This document shows, piece by piece, positions 52,278 through 64,000 of a stretch of 64,000 nt of DNA (positions are counted from its first letter, which is position 1; each line of letters starts with the position of its first letter). The notes below the pieces were generated by a model. The model saw only the letters and a program-made list of their open reading frames with translations, ran no database searches and had not been told where the DNA came from. The position numbers were made by a program, and so were the translations under genes. This DNA is from Eledone cirrhosa. Its lineage: Eukaryota. The stretch is taken from the NCBI GenBank assembly GCA_964016885.1, contig OZ024743.1, forward strand, positions 10,044,001-10,108,000, read 5' to 3'.

Positions 52278-52552
52278 ATAATGATAACTATGATAATGAT
52301 GATAATGTTGATAGTGAAGTTGATGGTGATGATAATGATGGTAACCGGTAGTGATGGTGTTGGTAGTTATTATCCACATTATTATGATAAATATAATGAA
52401 ATTCTGATATGTGACAATTATTTTTATTTAATTATATAGCATGTTTTGACCTTCTACTTCTTATAATGAGCCAGCAGTTCAAATAGTCAAGTGTTCAGAA
52501 TTCCTTACTGACAATATACAGTCTCCTTTTCAATGAGTTAATCCATGACAAT

Positions 52553-52680
52553 AATGATTTCTGATTTAGGCACAAGCCCAACAATTTGAGAGGAGGGGAA
52601 AGTCGATTAAATTGACCCCAGTATGTAACTGGTGCTTTATTTTATCGACTCCATAACGATGAAAGGGAAAGCTAAACTCC
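52553..52680 (-). mobile_element. SINE family A fragment
   Basis: ctggtgctttattttatcgac...gatgaaagg. Confidence 0.6.
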
Positions 52681-54401
52681 CCACCCCATGTTTGAGTGGT
52701 AAAGAGATGAATAATAGAAAGATAGAAAGGTAATGAGGTGGCTTGAGAACAGATGGAGATTTAACCAGGTCATATTGGGCAAGAGACTCAAATGTAGATA
52801 CAGTAGACCTCCCAGCCTCCATCATTACTATTATTATAACATTTATTTCTCCATACTTACATGGGTGGGCAGGTCATTCCTAGTTTTATGTGGCACCAAT
52901 CATCATGATCCTTTGTCATTTCCTTCATAAAACTCAGCATCCTAATATTAGTCTTCACCAATTTGTTCCATGCCAACTTGGGTTACCTGTTCCATAGATT
53001 CCATCAATTTTGAGTGTGTTGCACTTATTATGCAGCAGTTCATGCATGCACTTTGCATACATATACCATCACAATATTAATACATCTGATGCCTCATATA
53101 TCTTTGTCATTTTGTACTGCAGGTTTCTGCCTAATTCTTTTCTTCATATCTAGCACAATCATTTTAGTTAAAGATATCCATTTTGGTGAATATAAAGCAC
53201 ACTTGTCTTTAAAATATGTGTGATTTACTATGAAACTCTGATTTTGCCAAAACAGTTTAGTTTTCATATATATTAAACTATACTTTTTATCAAGTTTTCT
53301 CTACTATAAAGATTGAGTATGTGTGTGTAGGGCTTTTATGTGTGTTATTTATTTTTAGATATTTTACATTGTTATAATATTTGATGGTAAAATGAACCAA
53401 TGGTCAGCTCATATGTGAGAGTATGTGTGCAATGGAAATGTTCCTACAGAGATGTATTATTATATATTCAGAAAATGCATTTTAATGGGTCTACAAGAGA
53501 GAGCATGCAGATATGTCTGTGTATAACCAGGTGTAAGGGTGTATATTCATATATAACCATTAAATTTATATGGTTATTTAGAAAAATAAGGGAAGCTACT
53601 CTTCTATTGTCAATGTGTTTGCTATTGTTAAGGTATTCTCACATTCTTCCCTTAACTTCTGTTTGAAATTATTTATATATTCCTCACTACATCAATGAAA
53701 TTCTAACTCCAGTTTAAAGCGAACATAGTTCACAATCTTCAACCGAGTCTAATAAGCTTGCACTTCACATACTATAGTCCAAACAAGCGTATGCAACAAA
53801 TGGTGTCGTAAAAATCATGTAAAATTTGTGCTTCCCATTAAAATACACTCAACTCTACTATTACTACATAAAGTGCTGTTGTTATATATCTTTATCCAAT
53901 TAGCATTGGTTTTTTCCAATAATTATTTCTTCCACAAATGAAACCATGGTACGAAGATCAATATATATGTGAGATTGGCTAAAATTATTTTGGTCTCTCT
54001 TACTTATACTCCCATAAATAGTTTTTCACTTAAATATAGTATGTAATATTGCTTCTCTGATTGTTATTTTATCTATATATTTTGTTTCGACATACGATTT
54101 CATATCAAAAACCTCGCAAAACTAATTCATCGCCGTTATATATATATGTGTGTGTGTGTGTGTTGAAATTGAAACACAGATTAGATACAATGATAATAGC
54201 TGTAGAAAATTGGATAAAATACTCTTAAGGACAGAATTGAACTCTGTATCTCTTGAATTCAAAATAAGTGCATTACATTTATGGCATATGGTAGTTGACA
54301 ACAAGTTCTGTCTAAATTAGGAACTATATATGATAGCATCTGCAGTTAGAGCAAGAAGTAAACAAATCTTTTAATTTATCAAAGCATTCGGATACAAATT
54401 A

Positions 54402-54590
54402 ATAATTGTTTCTATTTTTGTCACAAGGCCAACAATTACCCAGTACATAACTGGTACTTTATTTTATCAACCCCGTAAGGATGAAAGGCAAAGTTAACCT
54501 CAACGGGATTTGAACTCAGACCGTAAAGGGCCATAACTATGCTAGAAAGCATGGCGTCCAACCCTCTACCAATACCACCAATTCACCAAT
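54402..54590 (-). mobile_element. SINE family A copy
   Basis: Aligns to 142-328. Confidence 0.85.
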
Positions 54591-54749
54591 GTATGCCCGA
54601 CATGTGGTGAATTGATATTATATGATATTTTAGCTCTTTTGTTAAAAGAGAGCTCTCATTTTCCTTCATCCTTTCTAGGAAAACCTTTGACATTACCTGT
54701 ATATATATATATATGTGTGTGTGGGGGGGGGGGGTTATATATACACACA

Positions 54750-54785
<36 letters not shown>

Positions 54786-54789
<4 letters not shown>

Positions 54790-56095
54790 AGGAAAACAAG
54801 TCCCTTGCAGTGAACTACCGTCCAATCTCACTCACCTCTCATATCATTAAGGTATTTGAGAGTTTGGTGAGATCACAAATAACTCACTTCCTTGAAAGCA
54901 ACTCCAACCAAAATGGGTTCCGTAATGCATCACTTTGATGATATTCTAAGAGGTTTGGGAGAGGGCTCTATCACTGACGTCATATACTTTGATTTGAGCA
55001 AGGCCTTTGACAGGGTTGATAAAACATCTTATTGAAAAAAAACTATCTAACATTGGAGTCTCTGGAAAGTGACTACAATGGATCAAGTGTTTCCTGACCA
55101 AACAGATTAATATGTTGTGGTCGAAGAAATTCATTTAAGCTCGACCAAAGTCAGTAGTAGCATCTCACAATGCACTTCGCTTCGTTATTTATATCAATGA
55201 TATTATTGATGTCATTAAGCACAACATAAGAATCTTTGCAGATGATTCCAAGCTCCAATGGAGTGGGAAATTGGACATGCCTTCAATTAGATCTACTTGC
55301 TATTATCCAATGGATAGGAAAAAAACAATATGCAACTGAACAAGGATAAATATGAACTAATCCACTTTGGAAATGAAGATACACTGAAACTATCATATTC
55401 TTTTCCCTCGCGTGAAACTTTTGTGGCATCCAACAACACCAGAGATCTGGAAGTAATAACCTAAGCTACTCATATAAACAGCCAAGTTGACATGGCCTGC
55501 AGAATGTGTTCCTAAATTCTCAAAAAATTTCGCGGCAGGAGATATCCACACCATTATCCTTCTCTTCTCTACTTTTGCCTGATCCCACCTTGAATACTGT
55601 TGTCCACTATGATCTCCTCACATAAAACAAAGTATTATGAAAATTGAAGCGCCTCGAAGGTCAATCACAAAAAAAGATAGATGGTATGACGGGTCTTGAC
55701 TATTGGAGTTGATGAGAAAAGCTGAAACAACTATCTCCAATACCACCATGAGCGCTACATTATCTGCATGATGTGGAAAATATTCCATCAGCATTGCCTG
55801 ATTGATATTGGCATCATCTTTAAAATACTTTTATAGCTTGGACCCTATGCTATTCACCCACAAAAAATCAAACTCTCATCTCATAAGAACATTATGGCAC
55901 AATTATTTACCCTTAACTGATGCCCCTCTCTTTAACATCACACCAAAACACATAAAAGCAGAAACAGACCCCCAAAATTCAAAATGTCTTTGAACAAATT
56001 GCTCCGAGAAATTATGGATAAACCCCCTACACCCAGATATGTCTCCAAAAACAATAACTTTCTAGTTGAGAAGACGATGGTGTACCAATAATGAT
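54786..56095 (+). pseudogene. Decayed 5'-truncated copy of the CR1-like LINE (RT and 3' end)
   Basis: Colinear with 34290-35238 (aacaagtcccttgcagtgaactaccgtccaatctcactc...), with stops and indels; extends beyond the gap position of the first copy. Confidence 0.9.
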
Positions 56096-57177
56096 TTGAA
56101 CGACTTTGCAACATCATTATCATCATTTAATATCCATTTTCTATGCTTGCATGGGTTTGATGGGTTGTCATATTATGAGACAAGCTGGTCTGAAAACCAA
56201 CATGCTCATACGGATCTGTATTTTAGCTTATTTTCTATGAATGGATGCCCTTCCTAATGTCAACCATGTTACAGTGTAGACTGGGTACTTTTTATCATTG
56301 CCCCAAAACAACTACATAAAAAAGGGTTTACTAGGTGCTTTGTGTCATGTCAGAAGCACAACCAGCTTACAGGGTGGACTGGGTGCTTTTTGTCATGTCA
56401 CCAGTGTGACCACCTTCCAGCATGGACTGGGTGATTTTGTTGTGGCACCAGATCAGCATACAGGGTGGACTTAATGTTTTTTTCTTCACAATGACATTGT
56501 AGGAGATCAGATGTAGAACATATCCAGCTTTCATGCTTGTATGCATGAGTTGGGCAGGTGCGGTGTATCAGGGGTGAGGGTTTGAAGTGGAGGGGACAGA
56601 TAAGCAAAATTTGACATTGACAACATTCACAGGATATTTAGCAGGGGAGGGCAGAGGATTAAGACTAGGGAGAGTGAAAGAGAAGGGGTGAAGAGAAGAT
56701 TGCTATAGACTAGTGTGTCTTTTACATGTTTGTTTCATTTTATTTTGTGCACATAGGAAAGCAGGTCTTCTGCTGTACAGCAGGACACCACAGATCTCGT
56801 TCCTGTGTCATCTACTTTGTGAATTGGAGAAGTTCAGCTTTTATCACTTCATCCCAAGCTTTCCTAGGTCTTCATCTCCCATAGTTTCCATCGACTTTGA
56901 GTGCCCTGCAGCGTTTTATACAACTTCCATCCTCAATACATATCACGTGTCCAAACCATTGCAATCTTGTTGCCTGTACACTGCATCTAACTTCTCTTAT
57001 GCCTAGTTTCTCTCACAGTTCATTGATGATTTGTCATTCATGGACATTACTATTACAAATCCTTCAGAGTATGATGAACCACACTATGTTACAGCCACTC
57101 CTTATATGTATATTATATAAACAGATATAATGAAATATCTTTATATTAAAGACTACATGTATCTCCAGTGCTTGTGC

Positions 57178-58430
57178 ATCAAACGTCTATCTATTTACTA
57201 CCTACACATCAAACGTCTATCTATTTACTACCTACACATCAAACGTCTATCTATTTACTACCTACACATCAAACCTCTATCTATTTACTACCTACACATC
57301 AAACCTCTATCTATTTACTACCTACACATCAAACGTCTATCTATTTACTACCTACACATCAAACGTCTATCTATTTACTACCTACACATCAAACCTCTAT
57401 CTATTTACTACCTACACATCAAACCTCTATCTATTTACTACCTACACATCAAACCTCTATCTATTTACTACCTACACATCAAACGTCTATCTATTTACTA
57501 CCTACACATCAAACGTCTATCTATTTACTACCTACACATCAAACCTCTATCTATTTACTACCTACACATCAAACCTCTATCTATTTACTACCTACACATC
57601 AAACCTCTATCTATTTACTACCTACACATCAAACGTCTATCTATTTACTACCTACACATCAAACGTCTATCTATTTACTACCTACACATCAAACCTCTAT
57701 CTATTTACTACCTACACATCAAACCTCTATCTATTTACTACCTACACATCAAACCTCTATCTATTTACTACCTACACATCAAACGTCTATCTATTTACTA
57801 CCTACACATCAAACCTCTATCTATTTACTACCTACACATCAAACCTCTATCTATTTACTACCTACACATCAAACCTCTATCTATTTACTACCTACACATC
57901 AAACCTCTATCTATTTACTACCTACACATCAAACGTCTATCTATTTACTACCTACACATCAAACGTCTATCTATTTACTACCTACACATCAAACCTCTAT
58001 CTATTTACTACCTACACATCAAACCTCTATCTATTTACTACCTACACATCAAACCTCTATCTATTTACTACCTACACATCAAACCTCTATCTATTTACTA
58101 CCTACACATCAAACGTCTATCTATTTACTACCTACACATCAAACGTCTATCTATTTACTACCTACACATCAAACGTCTATCTATTTACTACCTACACATC
58201 AAACCTCTATCTATTTACTACCTACACATCAAACCTCTATCTATTTACTACCTACACATCAAACCTCTATCTATTTACTACCTACACATCAAACCTCTAT
58301 CTATTTACTACATACACATCAAACCTCTATCTATTTACTACATACACATCAAACCTCTATCTATTTACTACATACACATCAAACCTCTATCTATTTACTA
58401 CATACACATCAATCCTCTATCTATTTACAA
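57178..58430. repeat. 30-bp minisatellite, about 42 units (aaac[g/c]tctatctatttactacctacacatc)
   Basis: Exact 30-bp period with a G/C polymorphism at one position. Confidence 0.98.
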
Positions 58431-60431
58431 ATGCCTAAAACCAGAAACAAACATAAATCCTTCAATATTGATAGATAAACATCACAGCTACTCACAAGTT
58501 ACATTCACATATATATACAAATATATTTTTTATTATTTTTCATACAAATTTTATTTGTTTGTTTTTTTTTTGTTTTTTTTTGTTTTTTTTTTTGCTATTT
58601 TTACTTTCCCTTTTCTTCTAAGATTCATAAAACATTCCACACTTATTCTTGTCAAGTTTCGGCTTTTTCTGGAATTTAAAAAAGAAAATTCTGCATTTCC
58701 TATGCATTTTAAAATCCACTTGAAATCTATCGCTCTATACATACATATACATATATATATATGTCTCTCTATCTTTGTTACTCTCTCTCTCTTTCTATGT
58801 ATATATCTCTCTTATTTTCTCTTTTGATTTCTATCTAGAGTTCTTTTTCTTTTTCAATTGTCCTCCCCCCTCTCTCTCTTTATTTCGAAACTTATTTTAT
58901 TTTATGTATTTTGTAAATTTTACCTGTTTCGTTTCTTTTTCTTTCCACTAATTCTGTCTTATTTATTCTTATCTCCATGCAATTTCTTTATATTTTCCCA
59001 CCTTTCTTTCATTAGTCTTAGTCCTTCCTTTTTATATAACATTCTATTGATTTATATATGTTTATATGTATACTTGTCTGTAGTTTTATCTATCTACCTA
59101 TTACACTGGGTGACTCTCTATCATACTCCCTTTTCTTGCACTGCCTATCTAAAAATATATATAGACATACTTACAAACATACATACAAACATACATACAA
59201 ACATACATACACACACATACATACATGCATATATACATACACACACATACATACATACTTGCATATACATACAAATAAGCATATATACATGCATACATAC
59301 ACACACACATATACATACACACACATACATACATACATACATACATACATACACACACATATACATACATACGTACATACATACATACACACACATATAC
59401 ATACATACATATCTGTCTGTTTATCTGCATGTCTCTGTTTCTTGTTTTAGATATTACATTGTTTTGTTCAAGAGCAAGCAAGTAATTGCAAAGTCTACAA
59501 GTAGTTTACTTTTTTTATTGTCATTTTCGTATTTTTTAACTTCCTTTTGTTTTATTTTGCTGTTATTTCAATATAGATATTTTTTGTTTGTATGTTTGTC
59601 TCATTGGTTTTTGTCATTCATTTTACTTAATTTTCTTCATGAATTGTTTGTTATTATTTTATCAGCCACCTCTACACACCCCCTCTATACTCTGTCAAAG
59701 TATACTGAATATTACATGCCAACAACAGCAATAACAACAACAATAGCATTAGTAATAATAATAATAATATCAACAACAACAATAATAGTAATAACTTCAA
59801 TAACAATAATAATGATAACAAGTACAACAACATTGGCAATAATAATAATAATATACAGTAATAACAACAACAACAACAGTAGAATTTAAAGACAAATATA
59901 CTTTTAGGCCTTAGCTGCCACACAACTTAATACTCAATATCGTAAATATCAAATCATAGTAAAATCTAGTTTTTCACTCCTAATGACATTTTGAAAACTT
60001 TTACCTTATTCTTCCTCTTCCTTTATGTTGTTGTGAAATTCAATTTATTTTGCTTTTAGTTTCAAGGGTGACTACTTGGTTATAAACATTCTAAATGTTT
60101 ATGGTGAGATTTTTACAGAAAATTACTAGATATGAATGCAAATGAAAAAACAAAATGGAAAAGACAACAAAAGAAGAAAACCTGAAAGATTTCCTATACT
60201 TATCTTTGATGGAAAACAGGTTTTCGAATGTAGACACTTTCTAAATTTTGTATTATCTATAGTTATTTGTCACTTGTAAATTATTGAATTTAGCCATTTG
60301 AATCAAAAGAAGGAAATCAGTTTAATGCATGCATGCACACAGATAAACACACACATAGAAACACACAATATTACTCATATGCATATATGTGTGTGCATAC
60401 ATTTGTGTGGAGGACGTTTGAATGTATTGGA

Positions 60432-60462
<31 letters not shown>

Positions 60463-60616
60463 CACACGAGTGTGCGCGCGTGTGTGTGTGTGTGTGCGTT
60501 GATATGTCTGCATAAATGTATTTATTTCTTCTGAATATGTATTATGTATTTATTAAATTTATATAAATAGACATACATGAATATGCATGAAAATATGTGT
60601 ATATATTGTATATATG

Positions 60617-60648
<32 letters not shown>

Positions 60649-60702
60649 CATACCTACATATATATACCTATACACATAACGATATGAATATATGTATGTA
60701 CT

Positions 60703-60733
<31 letters not shown>

Positions 60734-60834
60734 TGTATATATATATATATATATATATGCATCTATATATATATATGTATGTATATATTTATATATATAT
60801 GTGTATATATATATGCATATATATATATATATAT

Positions 60835-60891
<57 letters not shown>

Positions 60892-60894
60892 TAT

Positions 60895-61221
60895 ATCATC
60901 ATTTCATTTTACGTCCGCTTTTTCCCTGCTTGCAAGGGTGGGACGGGAACTGATTCTGGCTTGATTTCTACAGCTGGATGCCCTTCCTAACACCAACCTC
61001 ATTTACAGTGAGTGCTGGGTGCTTTTTTGCCGTGGCACCTGCACAACCACTTTGCAGTGGAATGATATGGACACCAGTCCCTATCATCTCATTTCTACAG
61101 CTGAGTAAACTCACAACCTTTCGATTGCAAGTCCAATGCTCTAACCACTAAGCCATGTGCCTCCATATATGTATATATATGTATATATGTATATATATGT
61201 ATATATGTATATGTATATATG

Positions 61222-61288
<67 letters not shown>

Positions 61289-61640
61289 CATCATCATCAT
61301 CATCATCATTTCATTTTACGTCCGCTTTTTCCCTGCTTGCAAGGGTGGGACGGGAACTGATCCTGGCTTGATTTCTACAGCTGGATGCCCTTCCTAACAC
61401 CAACCTCATTTACAGTGAGTGCTGGGTGCTTTTTTGCCGTGGCACCTACACGTCCACTTTACAGTGGAATGATATGGACCCAAGTCCCTATCATCTCATT
61501 TCTACAGCTGAGTAAACTGGAGCAATGTGAAATAAAGTGTCTTGCTCAAGGAAACAACACATCACCCGGTCTGAGAATTGAACTCACAACCTTTCGATTG
61601 CAAGGCCAATGCTCTAACCACTAAGCCATGTGCCTCCATA
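60895..61640 (-). mobile_element. Two SINE family B copies (60895-61165 internally deleted; 61288-61640 full)
   Basis: Near-identical to 51937-52277. Confidence 0.8.
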
Positions 61641-61733
61641 TATGTATATATATATATATCTGTATATATATAACGAAGGAGTTGTGGTAAGGAACCAGAT
61701 GGACCATAACGCACCAGGGTAGTAGAGTGGGTA

Positions 61734-61850
61734 ATTGGAAAATGTATGACCCCGACGGCAGAGTTCAAGCCGTTTCGACGGCTATTTCTAGTCCAGAAAT
61801 AGCCATCGAAATGGCTTGAGCTCTGCCATTGGGGTCATACATTTTCCAAT
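61734..61850. repeat. Hairpin with 56-bp inverted arms and a 5-nt loop
   Basis: attggaaaatgtatgacccc...gctatttct-agtcc-agaaatagc...ggggtcatacattttccaat, with 5 transition mismatches. Confidence 0.9.
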
Positions 61851-61857
61851 ATATTTA

Positions 61858-61889
<32 letters not shown>

Positions 61890-64000
61890 CAGTATATATA
61901 CTTTGTTTTGTTAGAAGTTGAAGTTTCACAAATCATTACTTCAGAAAGTCAGAGTAATAATTTGTGAAGCTTCAGCTTCTGATAAAATATGTTATATAAT
62001 CATACTGTTTATATTGAGTACTCACTTTTCTTTTTTTTCACTCTTATGTGTTTGCATATATGTATGTATGCATGTGTATTTATGTATGCATGCATGTGTA
62101 TTTATGTATGCATGCATGTGTGTGTGTCTATAAACAAACACACATGTAAACAGACAATTATATTTATGTATGTTTTATGACAGATACATAAGTACACATA
62201 CTTAAATATATATTTGTATGTAGTCATGCATACGTTTATTTATATATTTTCTACGAAAATAGATGCAAGCTTTTATGTTGTATTGTATGGATATGTGGAT
62301 GTCGGTCGGCTGGTTGATTGGTTTGCTTGTTGGTTGTAGTGGGTAGAGGTATGCAGTTAGGTGGAGAAGATTGAATAAGATTTGATGGGTAGAGGAGAGT
62401 GAAAATGGAGACAGAAACATTGAAAGATGAAGTGAAGGAAAAAATATTGGGTGTATAGTTGTAGAGAGAGAGTGAGATGGAATAGGAAAAGAGACAAAAA
62501 TACATGATGAAAGAAGAGAAAAGGGGTTGAAAATATAGATGGAGTCTTGGTGGAAGATTGGGGAGAAAGGATTGTACACATGCAGCGTTGAAAGCAATCC
62601 ATCAGTGATATGCCAGAACAATCATTGATTTCTGCTTTTTGCCATGTATTAATTTTATTACCTTCAAACCAGTGCTATCCAGTTCTGTTCATTTTTTTCT
62701 TGTTTTTTTCTTTCCTTGAAGCAGATATCACATTCGAAAATTCAAACATGAAAAGATGTCCCTTTTGTGTACTTTCCAGAATATTCCATCAGTAGTTTCA
62801 TTCTTGTTTGCTATGAATTAACCTTGATGCATTCACTTGTTTTTGTTTTGTTTTGTTTTCTGTTTTGCTTTTGTAGATTTGTGTTCTTTCCTAATTAAAA
62901 TCTTATTAGTGATTTTCACATTTACAAATAATCAAGATAGCTTTCCTATAATTAATGTTGTTATTCCATTTGATAATTTACTGACATTTTTAATGTCATT
63001 CTCCCCTCTTCACCAACACTGCACAACAAAGCCAAGTTGGAAGCCACAAACAGAAAAATCAATACAATAATTGGAAAAGTTATTAAAGTTTCTTTGTAAG
63101 TAAATAAAATCTAAATAAATAAAAAGCCCCAGTTTATAAATATCATTCTTTCGTGAAAAGGTGGAGCTACATGTTTGTACTTTCAGGTCAGTAATTATAT
63201 CATGCCTTCCAGTAACTCATTTCCTATCAGAGTTATATTCTCAGTTTTTGATAAATAATAATCTTTTGCCATTTTCTTGAGCTACTGTTTCTCTGGTTCT
63301 AGATCAAGAATAACATTGTATTTTGACTCTGAATCATATTGCTATGAGTTAACAATCATACAAGGCTCTGTTAGTTTCATTTCTCTTGACACAAGGGGCA
63401 TCAAAGATAAATATTCATTTATCTAGAATGCTGGTTTATCACATGTAGATTATTTATTCTCTCCGAGGAATTGAATTCATCTCTACACACCAATAAACCA
63501 CGCCTCAACTCCATAGTGTTGGTACTGTTTGCAATGTTCAAATATGATACTTAGAGTTCTGTGAGAGACTCTTTATAGTGTTGCGCCATCTGGTAGAAAG
63601 TAGCCATATTTTCCTCATATAGCACCATACCATTTTTAATATAGAACGACACATTAAACAATGTAGGAACTTCTTCGGTCATAGGTCAGTTTGATCAGGG
63701 CTTGCTCAGGTCTAGACAATAAAATCAATTTAATGTTATATGGTATTTGTTTTCTTTGAGAAATTAATAATCAGGTTTGTTACTTATAGTTGTAAATCAA
63801 AGCGAAACGATGTAGAGAAACATGAGTGCATATAAGTCACTGCAAAATTGTTTCCTAGAGACTAAGAAAACTTTGCCAAAATTCTAAATAGCAAACCAAA
63901 ACAGAAGCCTATCATGATGGCGTCTCCAAGACTATTTGTTGCTAGTTCAATGATTTCAATCAGTGCTTATATTCAAGTGATATTTTGTTTTGTAACACTT

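Noticed and set aside
57130-58827. 565-aa and 436-aa repeat ORFs; CRISPR-like appearance
   Set aside because: Pure 30-bp tandem repeat with no unique spacers, in a eukaryotic context, with no evidence of exon structure.
58858-59889. 343-aa ORF
   Set aside because: Low-complexity T-rich, TACA and AAT repeats with no domain-like content.

Overview
AT-rich, repeat-saturated eukaryotic DNA, probably from an octopus or other cephalopod (judged from recalled SINE sequences and the extreme TA microsatellite load; not provable from this window). No host protein-coding exon can be supported. Most ORFs in the supplied track are artefacts of TA/TATG/CA microsatellites. The real content is retroelements: a nearly intact CR1-like LINE (EN+RT, 32.5-35.2 kb) plus a decayed copy; R4/Dong-like, CRE-like and Tx1/L1-like fragments; several Penelope-like (PLE, Naiad-like) RT and GIY-YIG fragments; four copies of a bipartite RTE-derived element; and two tRNA-derived SINE families. 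Highlights found by reading the sequence: (i) at least seven type I hammerhead-ribozyme-like motifs; (ii) an ORF-less ~3 kb fold-back element with ~1 kb inverted arms, each carrying a hammerhead; (iii) a recurring inverted PLE architecture with a ~85 nt one-sided overhang, inserted in (TA)n; (iv) a ~470 bp palindrome with two convergent tRNA-like Pol III units; (v) Tx1-like and Dong-like elements bounded by (ATT/TAA)n.
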